The position numbers were made by a program, and so were the translations under genes. The notes beneath the pieces were generated by a model. The model saw only the letters and a list, made by a program, of their open reading frames with translations. It was not told the origin of the DNA and made no database searches. Shown in pieces: positions 37,985 through 47,426 of a stretch of DNA of 64,000 nt. The stretch is from Minisyncoccota bacterium (GTDB taxonomy: Bacteria > Patescibacteriota > Minisyncoccia > Phycocordibacterales > Phycocordibacteraceae). Each line of letters opens with the position of its first letter. Within the stretch, counting starts at the first letter, position 1. Location of the stretch: positions 103,180-167,179 of the forward strand of contig JALHOO010000002.1 in NCBI GenBank assembly GCA_022842945.1. The letters are read 5' to 3'.

Positions 37985-38389
37985 ATGGAGTACCAAGTAC
38001 CGCAGTTCATCGAAGTAGAGGATAAGATTTTCGGACCCTTCACGCTGAAGCAGTTCATCTATGTAGCCGGCGGGGTAGGGCTCTGCGCTATTCTTGTTCT
38101 GTATTTCCCGCTCATCATTGGCCTCATCCTCGCGCTTCCAGTAGCTGCGTTCACAGCAGCTCTCGCGTTCTACAAGATAAACAACAAGCCGTTCGTTGAA
38201 ATCATGGAAGCAGCCTTTAACTACTACATCGGGGACCGCCTGTATCTCTGGAAGAAGGAGAAGAACCAAGTAGATGCACCGGTTGCTGTGAAGCCTGCGG
38301 ACCCAGAGAAGCTCGGCCTAACCCAGAGCAAACTCAAAGACCTCGCCTGGTCTCTTGATATCAAGGATCAAAACAACACCCCTTCCTAA
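37985..38389 (+). CDS. PrgI family (VirB3-like) protein
   Basis: YQVPQFIEVEDKIFGPFTLKQF plus two TMs. Confidence 0.88.
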   Translation: MEYQVPQFIEVEDKIFGPFTLKQFIYVAGGVGLCAILVLYFPLIIGLILALPVAAFTAALAFYKINNKPFVEIMEAAFNYYIGDRLYLWKKEKNQVDAPVAVKPADPEKLGLTQSKLKDLAWSLDIKDQNNTPS

Positions 38390-38392
38390 TCT

Positions 38393-39025
38393 ATGGCTCC
38401 TACTAAGACTACGCAGTCATTTGTGCCGGTAAAAGAAGTACGCAACGGTGTTGTGGTACTTAAGAACGACGGGTACCGAGGGATTCTCATGTGCTCCTCT
38501 ATTAACTTCGCCTTGAAAGGGGAGGACGAGCAGCGCGCTATTATCGGCGGATTCCAGAGCCTTCTTAATACGCTCGATTTCTCTATACAGATCGTGGTGC
38601 ACTCTCGAAAAACTGATATTCGTCCATACCTCGCACTCCTTGAGACGCGCATGCAGGAACAGTCTACGGAGCTCATGCGTCTCCAGCTGCGCGAGTACAT
38701 CGCCTTCATCAGGAACTTCATCGACTCGAGCGACATTATGACGAAGCTCTTCTACGTCGTTGTCCCATATGCTCCTGGCGCCGGAGGTATTGTATCGAGC
38801 ACACCATCCTTCCTTGGGGGAACGAAGCGCCCCGCAACAGACGGCACGAGCGATTCATTCGAAGAGAACCGCGTACAGCTAGAGCAGCGCATGGCACTTG
38901 TGGTGCAGGGCTTGGCTGCAAGCGGGGTGCGTGCCGTGCCGCTTGGCACCGAGGAGGTTATCGAGCTTCTATACCGCTCATTCAACCTCTCTGAGCTTGA
39001 GAACCCTATTCATCTTTCTGCATAA
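38393..39025 (+). CDS. VirB4-associated protein (TraC/TrsD-like N-terminal module)
   Basis: INFALKGEDEQ, LNTLDFSIQI, FYVVVPY; lies between prgI and virB4. Confidence 0.7.
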   Translation: MAPTKTTQSFVPVKEVRNGVVVLKNDGYRGILMCSSINFALKGEDEQRAIIGGFQSLLNTLDFSIQIVVHSRKTDIRPYLALLETRMQEQSTELMRLQLREYIAFIRNFIDSSDIMTKLFYVVVPYAPGAGGIVSSTPSFLGGTKRPATDGTSDSFEENRVQLEQRMALVVQGLAASGVRAVPLGTEEVIELLYRSFNLSELENPIHLSA

Positions 39026-39028
39026 TCT

Positions 39029-40852
39029 ATGGCACTCCTCGACTTCCTCGGAAAGAATAAGGGCGACGAAACACCAAGCATGGCACCAGTCCTTCCAAAG
39101 GACATCTATGCAGAAGGGGAGCTGAAGCTCGCTGACGCTATCGCGCCGGCGGCCCTCAAGGTTGGAGCCCGCGAGCTTGAGCTAGGGGAGAAGGTATCTC
39201 GCTCGTTCTACACCATTTCCTACCCACGCTTCCTCGTTGATAGCTGGTTCACACCAATCATCAACCTCGACAAGGTATTCGATGTTTCTATTTTCATTCA
39301 TCCCGTTGAAACCGGTTCAGCACTCCGCGGCTTCCAGAAAAAGGTTGCTGAGATTGAGAGTCAGATCTCTGACAGGGAAGAGAAGGGGTTAGTGCGCGAC
39401 CCGATGCTCGATACCGCGTACCGCGACCTTGAGCAGCTGCGTGACCAGCTTCAGCAGGCAGAAGAGCACATCTTTGAAGTGGGGCTCTACATAACACTCT
39501 ACGGAAACTCGAAGGAGGACCTCGACAAGATCGAAGGGGACGTGCGCGGCATCCTCGACGCCAAGCTCGTATATACGAAGCCAGCACTCTTCCAGCAGGA
39601 GCAGGGATTCCGCTCGACACTTCCGCTCGCGACCGACGAGCTCCAGGTTACAAGCAAGCTCAACTCCTCTCCGCTCTCTTCCATATTCCCGTTCGTGTCC
39701 TTCGACCTCACGAGTGACCGCGGCATTCTCTACGGTATCAACCGCCACAACGCCTCGTTGATTCTTTTCGACCGCTTCTCCCTTGAGAACTACAACTCGG
39801 TTGTGTTCGCAAAGTCTGGTTCCGGAAAGTCCTATGCCGTTAAACTCGAGATTCTTCGTTCCTTGATGTTCGGCACTGACGTTATTGTTATCGACCCTGA
39901 GCGCGAGTACGAGAACCTGGCATCTGCCACAGGAGGACGTACCTTCAACATCTCGCTCTCGTCCGAGCACCACATCAATCCGTTCGACTTGCCGCCGGTT
40001 AAGGAAGACGAGGAGCCGTCTGACATCCTTCGCTCGAACATCATTAATCTCGTGGGTCTATTCCGTCTCATGCTCGGAGGACTTTCGCCTGAGGAGGACG
40101 CGATTATCGATCGCGCAATAACGGAGACCTACGCCCTTAAGGACATCACCGGGGACAGCGACTTCACTGGCATCGAACCGCCGATTCTCTCGGACTTCGA
40201 GAACGTGCTTTCCGGCATGGAGGGCTCAGAATCCCTTGTTATACGCCTTTCCAAGTACACGCACGGTACCTGGGCTGGGTTCATTAACCAGCCGACGAAC
40301 ATCGACATAAACAAGCAGTTCATCGTGTTCTCTGTGCGCGACATGGAGGACGAGCTGAAGCCTATTGCGATGTACATCATCACGCACTACATCTGGAACG
40401 CGGTCCGCCACGAACTCAAGAAACGCCTTCTCATAATCGACGAGGCGTGGTGGATGATGAAGTCAGACGACACCGCGTCCTTCCTCTACAGCCTTGCTAA
40501 GCGCGGCCGTAAATACTATCTGGGTGTTGCAACCGTCACCCAAGACGTTGAGGACTTCCTCCGCTCTCCATACGGCCGTCCTATCCTTACGAACTCGTCC
40601 ATGCAGTTGCTCTTGAAGCAGTCTCCAACAACCATCAACGTCCTCAAGGAGACCTTTAACCTTACAGACGAGGAGAAATTCCTTCTTCTTGAGTCTGGAG
40701 TGGGGGAGGGTCTCTTCTTCGCAGGCCTTAAGCACGTGGCTATTAAGATTGTTGCGTCCTACACCGAGGACCAGATCATAACCTCAGACCCGAGCCAGTT
40801 GCTCCAGATCAAGCAAGAGAAGGCACGAAACGACGCGGGGCTCGCGGCCTAG
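39029..40852 (+). CDS. VirB4/TraE-like ATPase
   Basis: AKSGSGKS Walker A, IDPEREY, IIDEAW, KRGRKY, TQDVEDF. Confidence 0.92.
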   Translation: MALLDFLGKNKGDETPSMAPVLPKDIYAEGELKLADAIAPAALKVGARELELGEKVSRSFYTISYPRFLVDSWFTPIINLDKVFDVSIFIHPVETGSALRGFQKKVAEIESQISDREEKGLVRDPMLDTAYRDLEQLRDQLQQAEEHIFEVGLYITLYGNSKEDLDKIEGDVRGILDAKLVYTKPALFQQEQGFRSTLPLATDELQVTSKLNSSPLSSIFPFVSFDLTSDRGILYGINRHNASLILFDRFSLENYNSVVFAKSGSGKSYAVKLEILRSLMFGTDVIVIDPEREYENLASATGGRTFNISLSSEHHINPFDLPPVKEDEEPSDILRSNIINLVGLFRLMLGGLSPEEDAIIDRAITETYALKDITGDSDFTGIEPPILSDFENVLSGMEGSESLVIRLSKYTHGTWAGFINQPTNIDINKQFIVFSVRDMEDELKPIAMYIITHYIWNAVRHELKKRLLIIDEAWWMMKSDDTASFLYSLAKRGRKYYLGVATVTQDVEDFLRSPYGRPILTNSSMQLLLKQSPTTINVLKETFNLTDEEKFLLLESGVGEGLFFAGLKHVAIKIVASYTEDQIITSDPSQLLQIKQEKARNDAGLAA

Positions 40853-40855
40853 CGT

Positions 40856-41362
40856 ATGGCAGCACCTCACAAGATAGGGAACGTAACGGCTGGTTTCATG
40901 GTCGCAATCGCCTTGCTTGTGGACGGTGTCCAGGCACTTCTAACGCTCTCTGTGTTCCTGCTTCCGTTATCTGTTCTTGCCACGTTCTTTTCTATAACCA
41001 TGTTCTTTTTATGGTTTGGCATCCTGGGGGTGAAGTACACCGGAAACGGGGGAGGGAAGAAACTCTTGATTATGCTCGCTACAACCGTAGCTGAAATAGC
41101 GCCGGTTATAAACGCACTTCCTGCTACAACTGCGGGGGTCATTGGGGTGATCGTTCAGACTCGCATTGAGGACGCTCGAGCTTCTGTAGAGGGGAATGTA
41201 ACCCCAAACACCGCGATGGCATACGCTCGCCAAAGACGAATGCAGGCTGCCCGCGTCAACCGCCAGGACTCAGCGCGAGAGGGTAGGGAAGAGGTTCAAA
41301 ATGCTCGCCACTCAGAACCTGCTAACGACAATTCGGGAGAGTCGTACCGCAGCGCGGCATAA
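40856..41362 (+). CDS. Membrane protein with ssrA-like C-terminus
   Basis: TM segments, EIAPVINALP; ends ANDNSGESYRSAA. Confidence 0.75.
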   Translation: MAAPHKIGNVTAGFMVAIALLVDGVQALLTLSVFLLPLSVLATFFSITMFFLWFGILGVKYTGNGGGKKLLIMLATTVAEIAPVINALPATTAGVIGVIVQTRIEDARASVEGNVTPNTAMAYARQRRMQAARVNRQDSAREGREEVQNARHSEPANDNSGESYRSAA

Positions 41363-41415
41363 CATTACCCCCGTCCTCTAAAGAGGCTCTGGGGTATTCG
41401 GTATATACTGTGCGT

Positions 41416-42399
41416 ATGATACGCGCGCTACTTCTAGCGATTCTTCTTATCGGCACAAGCATTCCCGCAGCGCTTGCTCAGGGACTTCCCGGAACAGACC
41501 CGCTTACACTCGTCGTTTCTCCGCAGTATCCGCGACCATACCAAACCGTGAGTATTGCACCGAGAAGCTCACTTCTCGACCTCTCAGCGAGCACGGTGCG
41601 GGTTTCGGTAGACGGGGAACGGGTATATGAGGGAAGTGGTACTCAAGCAACTAATGTTCGTGCAGGAGCTCTAGGAGAGCGCACCACGGTTTCAGTGTCT
41701 GTTACGGATCCAGACGGCCGTGTCTATACAAAGACGCAGGTACTTCGTCCCGCAGAAGTGTCGTTGATACTGGAACCCGCCTCAACAGCACACCCTTTCT
41801 ATAGGGGTGGGGGGTTGGTTGCCTCAGAGGGCAGGGTGCGTCTTATCGCTGTGCCTGATTTGAGAAGCGCTCCGGGCACACGTCTCCCCGCATCGTCCTT
41901 GGTATACACCTGGCGTCTTGGAGACCGTATCCTTACGGACTCTTCCGGTATTGGGCGCTCTACACTAACGGCAGAAGCACCCGTCCGCTATCGCAATGCA
42001 AACATAAGCGTAACCGTAACGAGCCCAGACAGCTCTTTGGTAGGGGAGGCGAGAACGGTTGTGTCAGCGGTTGATCCGACTGCTCGTATGTATCGCAACG
42101 ACCCTCTCCTTGGACCAAACTTTGATGTAGCGCTTAGTGATCGGTTCTCTATGCCAGATACTGAGGCAACCTTCCGTGCAGTTGGATACTTCTTCGCAAC
42201 ACCTCCAACATTCGCGTGGACCGTTAACAACACAACCAACGGCACCGACAAGGACCTCACCGTCCGCGCTACCGGCAACGGACAGGGGGCTGCTCGTCTC
42301 GGCGTTACCGTAACGGAGCCTGCAAGTAGGCGCTCTGCTGAGAGTCGCGTAACCGTAGACTTCGGTGCGTCCACTGGCTTTGGATTCTTTGGCCTATAA
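41416..42399 (+). CDS. Secreted Ig-like/beta-rich protein
   Basis: Signal peptide (ALA); SPQYPRP and YTW repeated pattern. Confidence 0.75.
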   Translation: MIRALLLAILLIGTSIPAALAQGLPGTDPLTLVVSPQYPRPYQTVSIAPRSSLLDLSASTVRVSVDGERVYEGSGTQATNVRAGALGERTTVSVSVTDPDGRVYTKTQVLRPAEVSLILEPASTAHPFYRGGGLVASEGRVRLIAVPDLRSAPGTRLPASSLVYTWRLGDRILTDSSGIGRSTLTAEAPVRYRNANISVTVTSPDSSLVGEARTVVSAVDPTARMYRNDPLLGPNFDVALSDRFSMPDTEATFRAVGYFFATPPTFAWTVNNTTNGTDKDLTVRATGNGQGAARLGVTVTEPASRRSAESRVTVDFGASTGFGFFGL

Positions 42400-42403
42400 C
42401 ACT

Positions 42404-43243
42404 ATGAAATACCTTTCTTTTCTCGTACTTTTCTTCGGACTCCCACTCATGGCACTCGCACAGAGCACCGACATTGGGAGTGGGTTCGTACCTCTTACGA
42501 ATATTCCAATCCTTGCTCAGACCGGAAACTCATTCAGTCTCGATCAGTTCCTGAACGGTCTCTACAGAATCTGTATTGGTATAGCGGCAGTGCTCGCGGT
42601 GCTCCAGATCATGCGCGCGGGCATCATGTACATGGGAGGAGACAGCGTTACGGAGAAGAAGGAGGCCAAGAACCTCATTGCTATGGCTATTGGGGGACTT
42701 ATTTTGGTGCTTTCGCCAGTTGTTGTGTTCTCGGTTATTAATCCAGAGATTCTTACACTGAAGATTAATAACATCGAGGAACTTGCTCCGGAAGAACCAG
42801 CGACACCAACACCACCCATCACACTTCCGAGCACCGAACAGGGTGTGTGCAGCATCACGTATGTTGAAAGGCGTGAGGCACCGAACTGTAGTGCACTTGG
42901 CTCCGATTGGGAGACAGCGAGTCTTTCGTGCTGTGTGTCTTTCACGGGAGGCTTCTGTTGTGGCCGCAAGCCGCAAACTCCTTCGACGCCAGACACCACT
43001 GCGGGCTTCAGATATCGAATTGCCGTACAAGACACTGATTCAAGAAACCCTGATTTTCTATATCAGAGTCGTTCCTGCGTTCGTTACGAAGAGGGAACGG
43101 AGGCGAATCAAATAGCGTGCGTTGGTGCACTTGAAGCAGAGAAGATTCAGCTTCAAGGAAAACAGTATCAAGTTGTGAAGGAGTGTGTTGGACAGGAAGC
43201 TACTACGCACGCATATACAAACCTACCGACCTGTACACCTTAG
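42404..43243 (+). CDS. VirB2/TrbC-like pilin with Cys-rich C-terminal extension
   Basis: GIAAVLAVLQIMRAGIMYM...EAKNLIAMAIGGLIL...INP; 10 Cys after the pilin domain. Confidence 0.75.
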   Translation: MKYLSFLVLFFGLPLMALAQSTDIGSGFVPLTNIPILAQTGNSFSLDQFLNGLYRICIGIAAVLAVLQIMRAGIMYMGGDSVTEKKEAKNLIAMAIGGLILVLSPVVVFSVINPEILTLKINNIEELAPEEPATPTPPITLPSTEQGVCSITYVERREAPNCSALGSDWETASLSCCVSFTGGFCCGRKPQTPSTPDTTAGFRYRIAVQDTDSRNPDFLYQSRSCVRYEEGTEANQIACVGALEAEKIQLQGKQYQVVKECVGQEATTHAYTNLPTCTP

Positions 43244-43246
43244 TTT

Positions 43247-44470
43247 ATGAACCGCCGCATCCTCGTTATCGTTGCAAGTATCATCGTCCTCATAGGGCTT
43301 CTTGTGGGTGGGTACTATCTGTTCTTCGCGAACGGAGCCTCTCTCTCTGTAGGGTTGCCTGGAGACCCATTCGGTTCAAGCGGAGACCGTGATCAAACAG
43401 GGCTTCTAGGACCAGACGGTCAACCTATTCAAGGAGCCGGAACGGTGGTGGCACCGCGTCTCATCCGTATCTCTGATGCTCCTGTGGCAAAGGGCGCTAT
43501 TGCACTCTACATCCCGCCAGTTCTTCCGGTTGGCACTTCGACCGATCCTGAGATTCCTGCTGACACTGAGGTTCGCTTCATCGAGCGTCAGAGCGGGAAC
43601 ATCTACGCATTCCGCGTTCATGATCGCGTGCTCACACGCGTAAGCAACCGCACTCTTCCAGGTATTCAGGAAGCAACATGGAGCTCAGACGGGTCTCGTG
43701 CCTTTGCGCGCTATCTCACCCGTGCTGCAGACGGCACTGAGCACATTGATACCTATGCGCTTCCTGCAGACGGTGGGGAAGGGTACTTCTTAGAGCAGGA
43801 CCTTGAGCAGGTTGCGGTGCAGGGTTCAACAACCGTCTTCTCACTCCTTCCAAACTCAACCGGCTCTATAGGAAGCCTTTCAAATACAGACGGCACAAAC
43901 GTCAGTACACTCTTCACGTCCGCTCTCTCTCGCCTGCATGCCGGCTTCTCAGGCAACGACCTCGTACTTGCCACTAAGGCCTCAAGCGGACTCGATGGCT
44001 ATGCATTCCTCGCATCAAGGACAACAGGTGCGTTCACGCGCATTCTAGGACCCCTCAGAGGCCTCGCTGTACTTCCGAACACCGAAGGCACGTCTGTTCT
44101 TTACAGTTATGCTGATGCAGGACGTGTGTACCTACAGGTCCTCGACCTCTCAACCAGAAACTCAACCGCACTTCCGCTCGTTACACTCGCTGAAAAGTGT
44201 ACCTGGGCACCTGGAGGACGTGCCGTCTACTGCGGCGTACCAACCGCGCTCGCAGGAAACGTACCAGACGAGTGGTACCAGGGCGCAAAGACATTCTCTG
44301 ATCGCATTTGGCGCATTGATCTTGATACACGCCTCGCAACGCTAATCGTTGACCCGGGGACCGTTGCAGGTGTTGCTATTGATGCAGTTGCTCTTACGGT
44401 TGACCCAGTAGGGGACACTCTAGTGTTCACGAATAAGAAAGATGGCACACTCTGGGTATACGACCTCTAG
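43247..44470 (+). CDS. Membrane-anchored beta-propeller-like protein
   Basis: N-terminal TM; WSSDGS, EKCTW, YCGVP, LVFTNKKDGTLW. Confidence 0.7.
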   Translation: MNRRILVIVASIIVLIGLLVGGYYLFFANGASLSVGLPGDPFGSSGDRDQTGLLGPDGQPIQGAGTVVAPRLIRISDAPVAKGAIALYIPPVLPVGTSTDPEIPADTEVRFIERQSGNIYAFRVHDRVLTRVSNRTLPGIQEATWSSDGSRAFARYLTRAADGTEHIDTYALPADGGEGYFLEQDLEQVAVQGSTTVFSLLPNSTGSIGSLSNTDGTNVSTLFTSALSRLHAGFSGNDLVLATKASSGLDGYAFLASRTTGAFTRILGPLRGLAVLPNTEGTSVLYSYADAGRVYLQVLDLSTRNSTALPLVTLAEKCTWAPGGRAVYCGVPTALAGNVPDEWYQGAKTFSDRIWRIDLDTRLATLIVDPGTVAGVAIDAVALTVDPVGDTLVFTNKKDGTLWVYDL

Positions 44471-44480
44471 AGAACAGGAA

Positions 44481-44518
44481 ATAAGAAAAGAGCCCGTATA
44501 TACGGGCTCTTTTCTTAT
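44481..44518. terminator. Bidirectional terminator (perfect 38-bp palindrome)
   Basis: ATAAGAAAAGAGCCCGTATATACGGGCTCTTTTCTTAT. Confidence 0.8.
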
Positions 44519-44527
44519 ATGCAGTGC

Positions 44528-45262
44528 TTACGCCTCAACCGGCGCAACTTTCTTGCGGCGCACAATGAACTCCTGCAGCACTCCTACGAGGTTGCTTGTT
44601 ATGAAGTAGAGGGCGATAGCAACTGACGTGTAGTACGCGGCAATACCAATGAACACTGGAAGCATGTAGCGCATTTGAAGCGCGAGTGAGCGTCCGAAAT
44701 CTGCTTGCATGTCGGTTCCTTTCTTCTTGGTTGAGCGCTCGGGCACCGGAATAGCGTACCAACCGTACACAAACTGCGTAATGGCAGCGATAAGAGCAAG
44801 GGTGATGCTTGCGCTGGTTACCGCAAATACCCCAAGGAAGAGGGGAGAGATGGCGAGAGGGGCTGGCACAAACGAATAAAGAATCGCGGTATCAACCATG
44901 AGAAGCTCCTTGTTGTTGAACACCCAGTAGAGGGAGATAACGATAGGAAGCTGGATGATAAGGGTGAGGAGGCCTGCGAATGGGTTAACGCCGTACTTCT
45001 TGTAGAGTGCGAACATCTCCTTAGCCTGATTCTCCTTATCGTCCTTAAGCTTCTCCCGGATCTCTTTCATCTCAGGCTCAATGGCCTTAATAGCGCGCTG
45101 GGTGCGCAGTGCCGCGAAGGAAAGAGGCATCAAAATAACCTTCACAATGAGGGTGGCAATAACCACCGCCATGCCAATATCCTGCCCGGGCAGGATATCC
45201 GTAAGGAACATAAGGAGGTTGTAAATCGGCGTGTAGAGAACAGTGTGAAAGAAGGACATCAT
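44528..45262 (-). CDS. yidC: Membrane insertase YidC (short form)
   Basis: LYKKYGVNPFAG, IQLP, LYFITSN; next to rnpA. Confidence 0.93.
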   Translation of the reverse strand: MMSFFHTVLYTPIYNLLMFLTDILPGQDIGMAVVIATLIVKVILMPLSFAALRTQRAIKAIEPEMKEIREKLKDDKENQAKEMFALYKKYGVNPFAGLLTLIIQLPIVISLYWVFNNKELLMVDTAILYSFVPAPLAISPLFLGVFAVTSASITLALIAAITQFVYGWYAIPVPERSTKKKGTDMQADFGRSLALQMRYMLPVFIGIAAYYTSVAIALYFITSNLVGVLQEFIVRRKKVAPVEA

Positions 45263-45289
45263 GATGCCTTGAGTGTACCGTATTTGGGT

Positions 45290-45616
45290 CTATTTCGCGC
45301 TTTGGGGAAGGGCGCGAACAAGAAGATCTCCCAGCTCCTTCTGGATAGCAGGGAAGTCGAGGGTGGGAGCTCCCGGACGAGCATACACAATGAGAATACG
45401 GGTGGGGAGGCAATGCGGAGCGATAACCGAAGCCATCCGGCGCTTTAGGAGATGACGAAAAACCGAGAGTTTTGCTACCTTTTTCCCAATAACCACGGCG
45501 CACCCGCCCTTTTCTGCCTCCCGTACTGAAAGGGAGAAATGGGGGCTGGCAGACCTCTTTTCAGGGCCTGTGGGCGCAAAATGCGCCCGAGAGAGGCGCA
45601 TGTTCCGTGGAATCAT
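45290..45616 (-). CDS. rnpA: RNase P protein
   Basis: AVVIGKKVAKLSVFRHLLKRR (RNR-like motif); synteny. Confidence 0.85.
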   Translation of the reverse strand: MIPRNMRLSRAHFAPTGPEKRSASPHFSLSVREAEKGGCAVVIGKKVAKLSVFRHLLKRRMASVIAPHCLPTRILIVYARPGAPTLDFPAIQKELGDLLVRALPQSAK

Positions 45617-45753
45617 TAGACAGTGAGCTTCGAACGTCCCTTGCGGCGACGGCGAAGAAGGACAGCGCGTCCAGTAGGGGTACTGGTGCGTGCACGGAAG
45701 CCGTGCGTACGCGCGCGCTTACGCTTTTTCGGCTGATAGGTGCGCTTTGGCAT
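45616..45753 (-). CDS. rpmH: 50S ribosomal protein L34
   Basis: Manual translation [22 protein letters not shown]...[12 protein letters not shown]. Confidence 0.96.
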   Translation of the reverse strand: MPKRTYQPKKRKRARTHGFRARTSTPTGRAVLLRRRRKGRSKLTV

Positions 45754-45853
45754 ATGCACAGGATACTAACAGGTTGACGGGAAGTGAGCAAGGAAATGCC
45801 TTACGGGCGCCCTGGTCGCGCATTTTGAAAACCTCCGTATACTTACCCTAACA

Positions 45854-47203
45854 ATGAATCGGTTAGACGCACGAGAACTCTGGGAATACACCCTTACGCA
45901 AGTGGAACTCTCCATTTCACCCGCTAATTTCAATACCTGGTTCCGTGATAGTTCTATCGTAAAGATAGAGGATGGGATCGTATATATAGGCGTTCCAAGC
46001 CAATTCTTTCGGGACTGGTACCTGAAGAAGTTCAACATGCTTCTTCTTAAGATTATTCGCGGTGTCTCCCACGAGTACCGCAATATCGAATACATGATTG
46101 TGAAGGACGATCGTAGACGTCCTAAGGAAGTACGTCGCCAGCAGCAAGCAACAGTTGAGATGCCGCTTGATGAATTCTACATCAATAAGAGTGACGGCCT
46201 AAACCCACGCTATACGTTTGAGACGTTCGTGGTTGGCTCGTTCAATGAGCTGGCACACACCGCGGCGCAGGCGGCATTGAAGCGCCCTGGCATCATGTAC
46301 AACCCACTCTTCATCTATGGAGACACCGGAAGAGGGAAGACCCACCTTATCCAGGCGATAGGGAATCAATTCAAGAAGCTGTATCCCGGCCGTAAGGTGT
46401 TCTATTTAACTGCGGAAACCTTTGCGCAGGACTACATGAACTCTATTCAGGCGGGAAACACGAACCGCTTCAAGGAGAAGTACCGCCAGTACGATCTCCT
46501 TATCATGGACGACATTCAGTTCTTCTCGAAGAAGGATAAGACGCAGGAAGAGCTGTTCCATCTCTTTAACGCCCTCTACGACAACAACAAACAGATCCTC
46601 TTCTCTTCTGATAGGGCACCGGCTGCTATTCCAGACATTGCAGATAGGCTTCGTGGCCGCTTCGCCGCCGGTATGTCTATTGATATTGGCGAACCGGACA
46701 CTGAGAGCCGTATGGCTATTGTGCGCAAGAAGGCTGCCGCAAACGGCGTCATGCTCTCAGACGAAGTTATCGAACACATCGCAACCTCTATATCAGGCTC
46801 TATCCGTGAGCTTGAAGGTGTTATAAACAGCGTTGTTTGCCATACACAGGTTAAGGGCGTTCCACCAGACCTTGCTGAAGTGCGCCACTCTCTTCGTTCC
46901 TTCGCACGCCCTCAGAAGACGGTCTCGGTTAAGCATGTGGTCTCTAAAGTGGCTGAGTTCTACGGTATTGATGAGGAAAGTATCTATGAGAAGACGCGTA
47001 GAAGGGAGGTGGTGCGCCCGCGTCAGGTAATCATGTATATCCTTCGAGAGGATTTCAGCGTCTCGTATCCAACCATTGGCTCAAAGCTCGGAGGCCGTGA
47101 CCACACAACCGTTATCCATTCCTGTGAGAAGGTTAAGAGGGAGGTGCTTGTCGACCCGGATCTCGCAAAGGAGATTCAGGACATTAGAAGCCTGTTGGTA
47201 TAG
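45854..47203 (+). CDS. dnaA: Chromosomal replication initiator DnaA
   Basis: LNPRYTFETFV, YNPLFIYG, DDIQF, GGRDHTTV. Confidence 0.98.
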   Translation: MNRLDARELWEYTLTQVELSISPANFNTWFRDSSIVKIEDGIVYIGVPSQFFRDWYLKKFNMLLLKIIRGVSHEYRNIEYMIVKDDRRRPKEVRRQQQATVEMPLDEFYINKSDGLNPRYTFETFVVGSFNELAHTAAQAALKRPGIMYNPLFIYGDTGRGKTHLIQAIGNQFKKLYPGRKVFYLTAETFAQDYMNSIQAGNTNRFKEKYRQYDLLIMDDIQFFSKKDKTQEELFHLFNALYDNNKQILFSSDRAPAAIPDIADRLRGRFAAGMSIDIGEPDTESRMAIVRKKAAANGVMLSDEVIEHIATSISGSIRELEGVINSVVCHTQVKGVPPDLAEVRHSLRSFARPQKTVSVKHVVSKVAEFYGIDEESIYEKTRRREVVRPRQVIMYILREDFSVSYPTIGSKLGGRDHTTVIHSCEKVKREVLVDPDLAKEIQDIRSLLV

Positions 47204-47426
47204 TTGGGGAAAACCTATGGATAACCTTCGGAAAAGCGCGGGGATATGCAGGGGAAAGAAGGGTTTCGGAATGGATAGTTTTGCACTATCCCCAGAACAT
47301 CTCGTTCAAACGAGACCGTCATCAACAGGATGTTTCAGGGTAAAGAGGGCACAAACCGCGTTCTTGCGCGCCTCCAGGGGTTGTCCCCGGTGTCCACACC
47401 CCTAATAATAGGACTATGATTATTAC
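47204..47426. other. Probable oriC (degenerate DnaA boxes plus DnaA-trios)
   Basis: About 9 DnaA-box-like 9-mers; tandem TTGTCCCCG/GTGTCCACA followed by CCCC and 8 NAN triplets. Confidence 0.8.
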
